A stretch of DNA of 64,000 nt, taken from positions 295,876 through 359,875 of the forward strand of contig CAVXWP010000004.1 in the NCBI GenBank assembly GCA_963765495.1. Direction: 5' to 3'. Below are positions 61,820 through 64,000 of this stretch, piece by piece; positions within the stretch are counted from its first letter, which is position 1; each line of letters opens with the position of its first letter. Both the position numbers and the translations under genes were made by a program. This DNA is from Blastocatellia bacterium (GTDB lineage Bacteria > Acidobacteriota > Blastocatellia > UBA7656). The notes under the pieces are model-generated. The model made no database searches. It was not told where the DNA came from and saw only the letters and a list, made by a program, of their open reading frames with translations.

Positions 61820-64000
61820 GTGATGGAAAGAATACCTAAATTTCTCTCTCCTTTAATTACTCGCGACGGACTCAATTACGAAAAGCCGGGGCAATGGAAA
61901 AGAGACGTCGGATTGAATAAGCTGGAAACACTTGCCAGAAATCTGGACACTTCCAGGTCGAAGAACCACCCGGATAAGCTGTACAGCGTACCGACGCCCT
62001 GGGCAAGGCTGTTACTGTTTGAGAGCGCGCTCTATGACAAGGATCACCCCGCGCATTTGGAAGTCAGAAATGAATGGCGAGGCATGTCGGTCCGATAGGG
62101 CTCGCACAGGTGCTTAGGATAGATAAATGGTTGAGTATTAAGGAGTTTAATCTTCTGAAAGAGCCGGGCGAGGATATTACCAATGCATTCATCAGACTGC
62201 GCCCTCAACACAGGAACAATAAAGACAGCGACCTGGAAGAAAACAAATGGCATAATTTCGGATTGATTTTTTTTGATGATACTCTACTGGGCTTTACTTC
62301 TCCGCGAACACTGGTCTTCACAGGAATAGAGCATTACTGTCCGGATTCAAATTCCCTTCAAATCACCTCAAGGGCGCCTACTTGATCCTGCTCCGTATTA
62401 CAGGGCTAATGACAGTAGATACCTCAGCGTTCTTAAAAGATGGGTGGAAAAGCTTCACAGCGATGTTAAAGATAATCAAGACCTGACGGAATTGCTGGGG
62501 ATAGTTCCTTCGGACCCGAATGCGCAGCCCGAATCTCGACACAGACAGTTACTGGAAGCATTGGAGGCATGGCAAAGGGATATTGGGCAAGTTAAGCCCA
62601 AAGTGACTCTTCATTTTTCAAGCCATTCCAGGCTGCCAGGGGAATTTGGTTTCATCAAATATGTCGAGAAGGCTGAGATCACAGACGACAGCGACCTCTT
62701 TTTCCGCGCTCGAACAGATCTCATTATCGGGTTTCGTCCAAATCAATCCATAATGGTTGATGATCACGGTCATCAAATCAAGAATCAGCCTATAAGAATT
62801 TTTGGCCCGCACCAAATCGGCGCTGACCAGCCGCTCCCGAACGACCTGAGTACTTATGTGCCAGATAACATTAAGGTCATCAATAACCCGCTTGAGTTGT
62901 TCGAAGATTCTCTTATCGAAGTCCAAATCGCTCTTGGCGCTGTTATCTGCCTATCTTTCGAAGGCAAGAATTATCTTATACCGCTGCGCTCAGAGTAGAT
63001 CGACTATTTCACTCAGTCAGAAATATTGAACCTTGCGCAAAAGCTGGAAATCAAGAGTGACGGAAAGTTGCTTAGGATAGAGATGGCGATACCGCTTGCC
63101 AACAGTAAGTATATACTGGTTACGAAACACTACAACCCGGATGAAAACATCATCACCAATGACAACTTCGATCACCCCACTCAGGAGCTTGCCATCTGGC
63201 CGGATTTCATCTGCCCCGACCAAGATAACAATTGCAAACCTATCTATGAACACTATTTCTATTATACAAGTGACGTAAAGGCAAACGGACAGGTAGACTT
63301 CAAGCCTATTGTCAAAGCGGAAGTAGTCAGGTCGGCCCCGAGAAGAGGACAGAAATGGTATATGAGCAAGAAGCCTTTGTTGGGTTTTATCGGCTCTGTA
63401 GGTAACTATAAGGGACTGATTTTCATCAAGCATAATCCTCCCATTGAGATGCCCCACAAGTTTTGGAAAAGAGGGGTTGATTTTGGCAGCACGCATAAAA
63501 GCGTATTTTATCGTGAGGCCGAGACTGAACGGGCTGGAGGAATCAGCCTGATCCTGATAGCATAAAGCCGGTTTATTTCGAACCACGAGTAAAGATACTT
63601 ACACCTTGCGATGCTGCCAGAATTCAGGAAAACTTTTTCCGTTACCCTACCGCCTCATTACCCAAGCAATCCTCCGAAGTAGCAATTGCCACCCAATTGA
63701 TAGTGCCCTCCAACACTACCGAAAGTTACCCTGATGAGTGGCTCCCTCGTGAGGGCCAGGTTTTCTTAGGCTCGTTGCTGGATAACGAGCCCTCGAATAA
63801 ATTTACTACGGATTTAAAGTGGGATATTGATCGTAGTAACTATGCAACCAGCTCATTCTTGCGCTCATTACTGATTATGATTGAAGCCGAAGCCATCATC
63901 AGGAAGGCGCGAATAGTTTCTGTGTCACATTCATATCCGACTGCCTTTCCGGCCCAGCTAATAGCAAAGCACAAATATAGATGGGCTGGTGTAGAACGAG
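61820..64000 (+). pseudogene. Large protein with a C-terminal actin/Hsp70-fold ATPase-like region; interrupted and truncated by the window end
   Basis: Consecutive fragments 61820-62098, 62074-62385, ~62351-62998, 62999-63565 and ~63532-64000 join via frameshifts near 62085, 62350 and 63530-63560 plus an in-frame TAG at 62996-62998; motifs SVPTPWAR..LF, GVDFGSTH, DLKW, SYPTAF. Confidence 0.72.

Noticed and set aside
62996-62998. TAG as pyrrolysine or stop-codon reassignment
   Set aside because: TAG ends many normal genes in this window, no pyl genes are seen, and nearby frameshifts point to decay or error.
52999-64000. Prophage or integrative element inserted in tRNA-Gly
   Set aside because: No integrase, phage genes or duplicated tRNA 3' end seen, and the accessory DNA is upstream of the tRNA.

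Overview
A mostly housekeeping, GC-rich bacterial segment (gene content and style suggest Acidobacteriota/Blastocatellia; inference) from 1 to ~53 kb: miaB, ileS-(TA pair)-lspA-lgt-rluD, Tat-exported oxidoreductases with apbE, ppa, ruvC-yebC, a MacAB-like exporter, oppDF, methylmalonyl-CoA mutase large subunit, cdsA-uppS-truA-pyrE, mobA and an NtrBC-like two-component pair, ending at a tRNA-Gly(CCC). Many intergenic gaps hold inverted arrays of 7-mer or 9-mer repeats, and three of them share a conserved 47-bp core. From ~53.3 kb the DNA is visibly more AT-rich. First comes a 4.7-kb nest of four mobile elements whose TIRs and target duplications can all be read: an outer IS carrying a 223-bp MITE, an ISNCY-like IS and an ISKra4-like IS. 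Next is an uncharacterised operon: vWA/MIDAS-like exported protein, small membrane protein, divergent tubulin/FtsZ-like GTPase, and a large actin/Hsp70-fold protein broken by several lesions and running off the window end. Other oddities include a soluble chemoreceptor fused to a peptide-binding (SBP family 5) domain, a beta-lactamase-like/amidohydrolase fusion, and an IleRS with altered HIGH and KMSKS motifs. All family assignments come from motif recognition by eye; no database searches were run.
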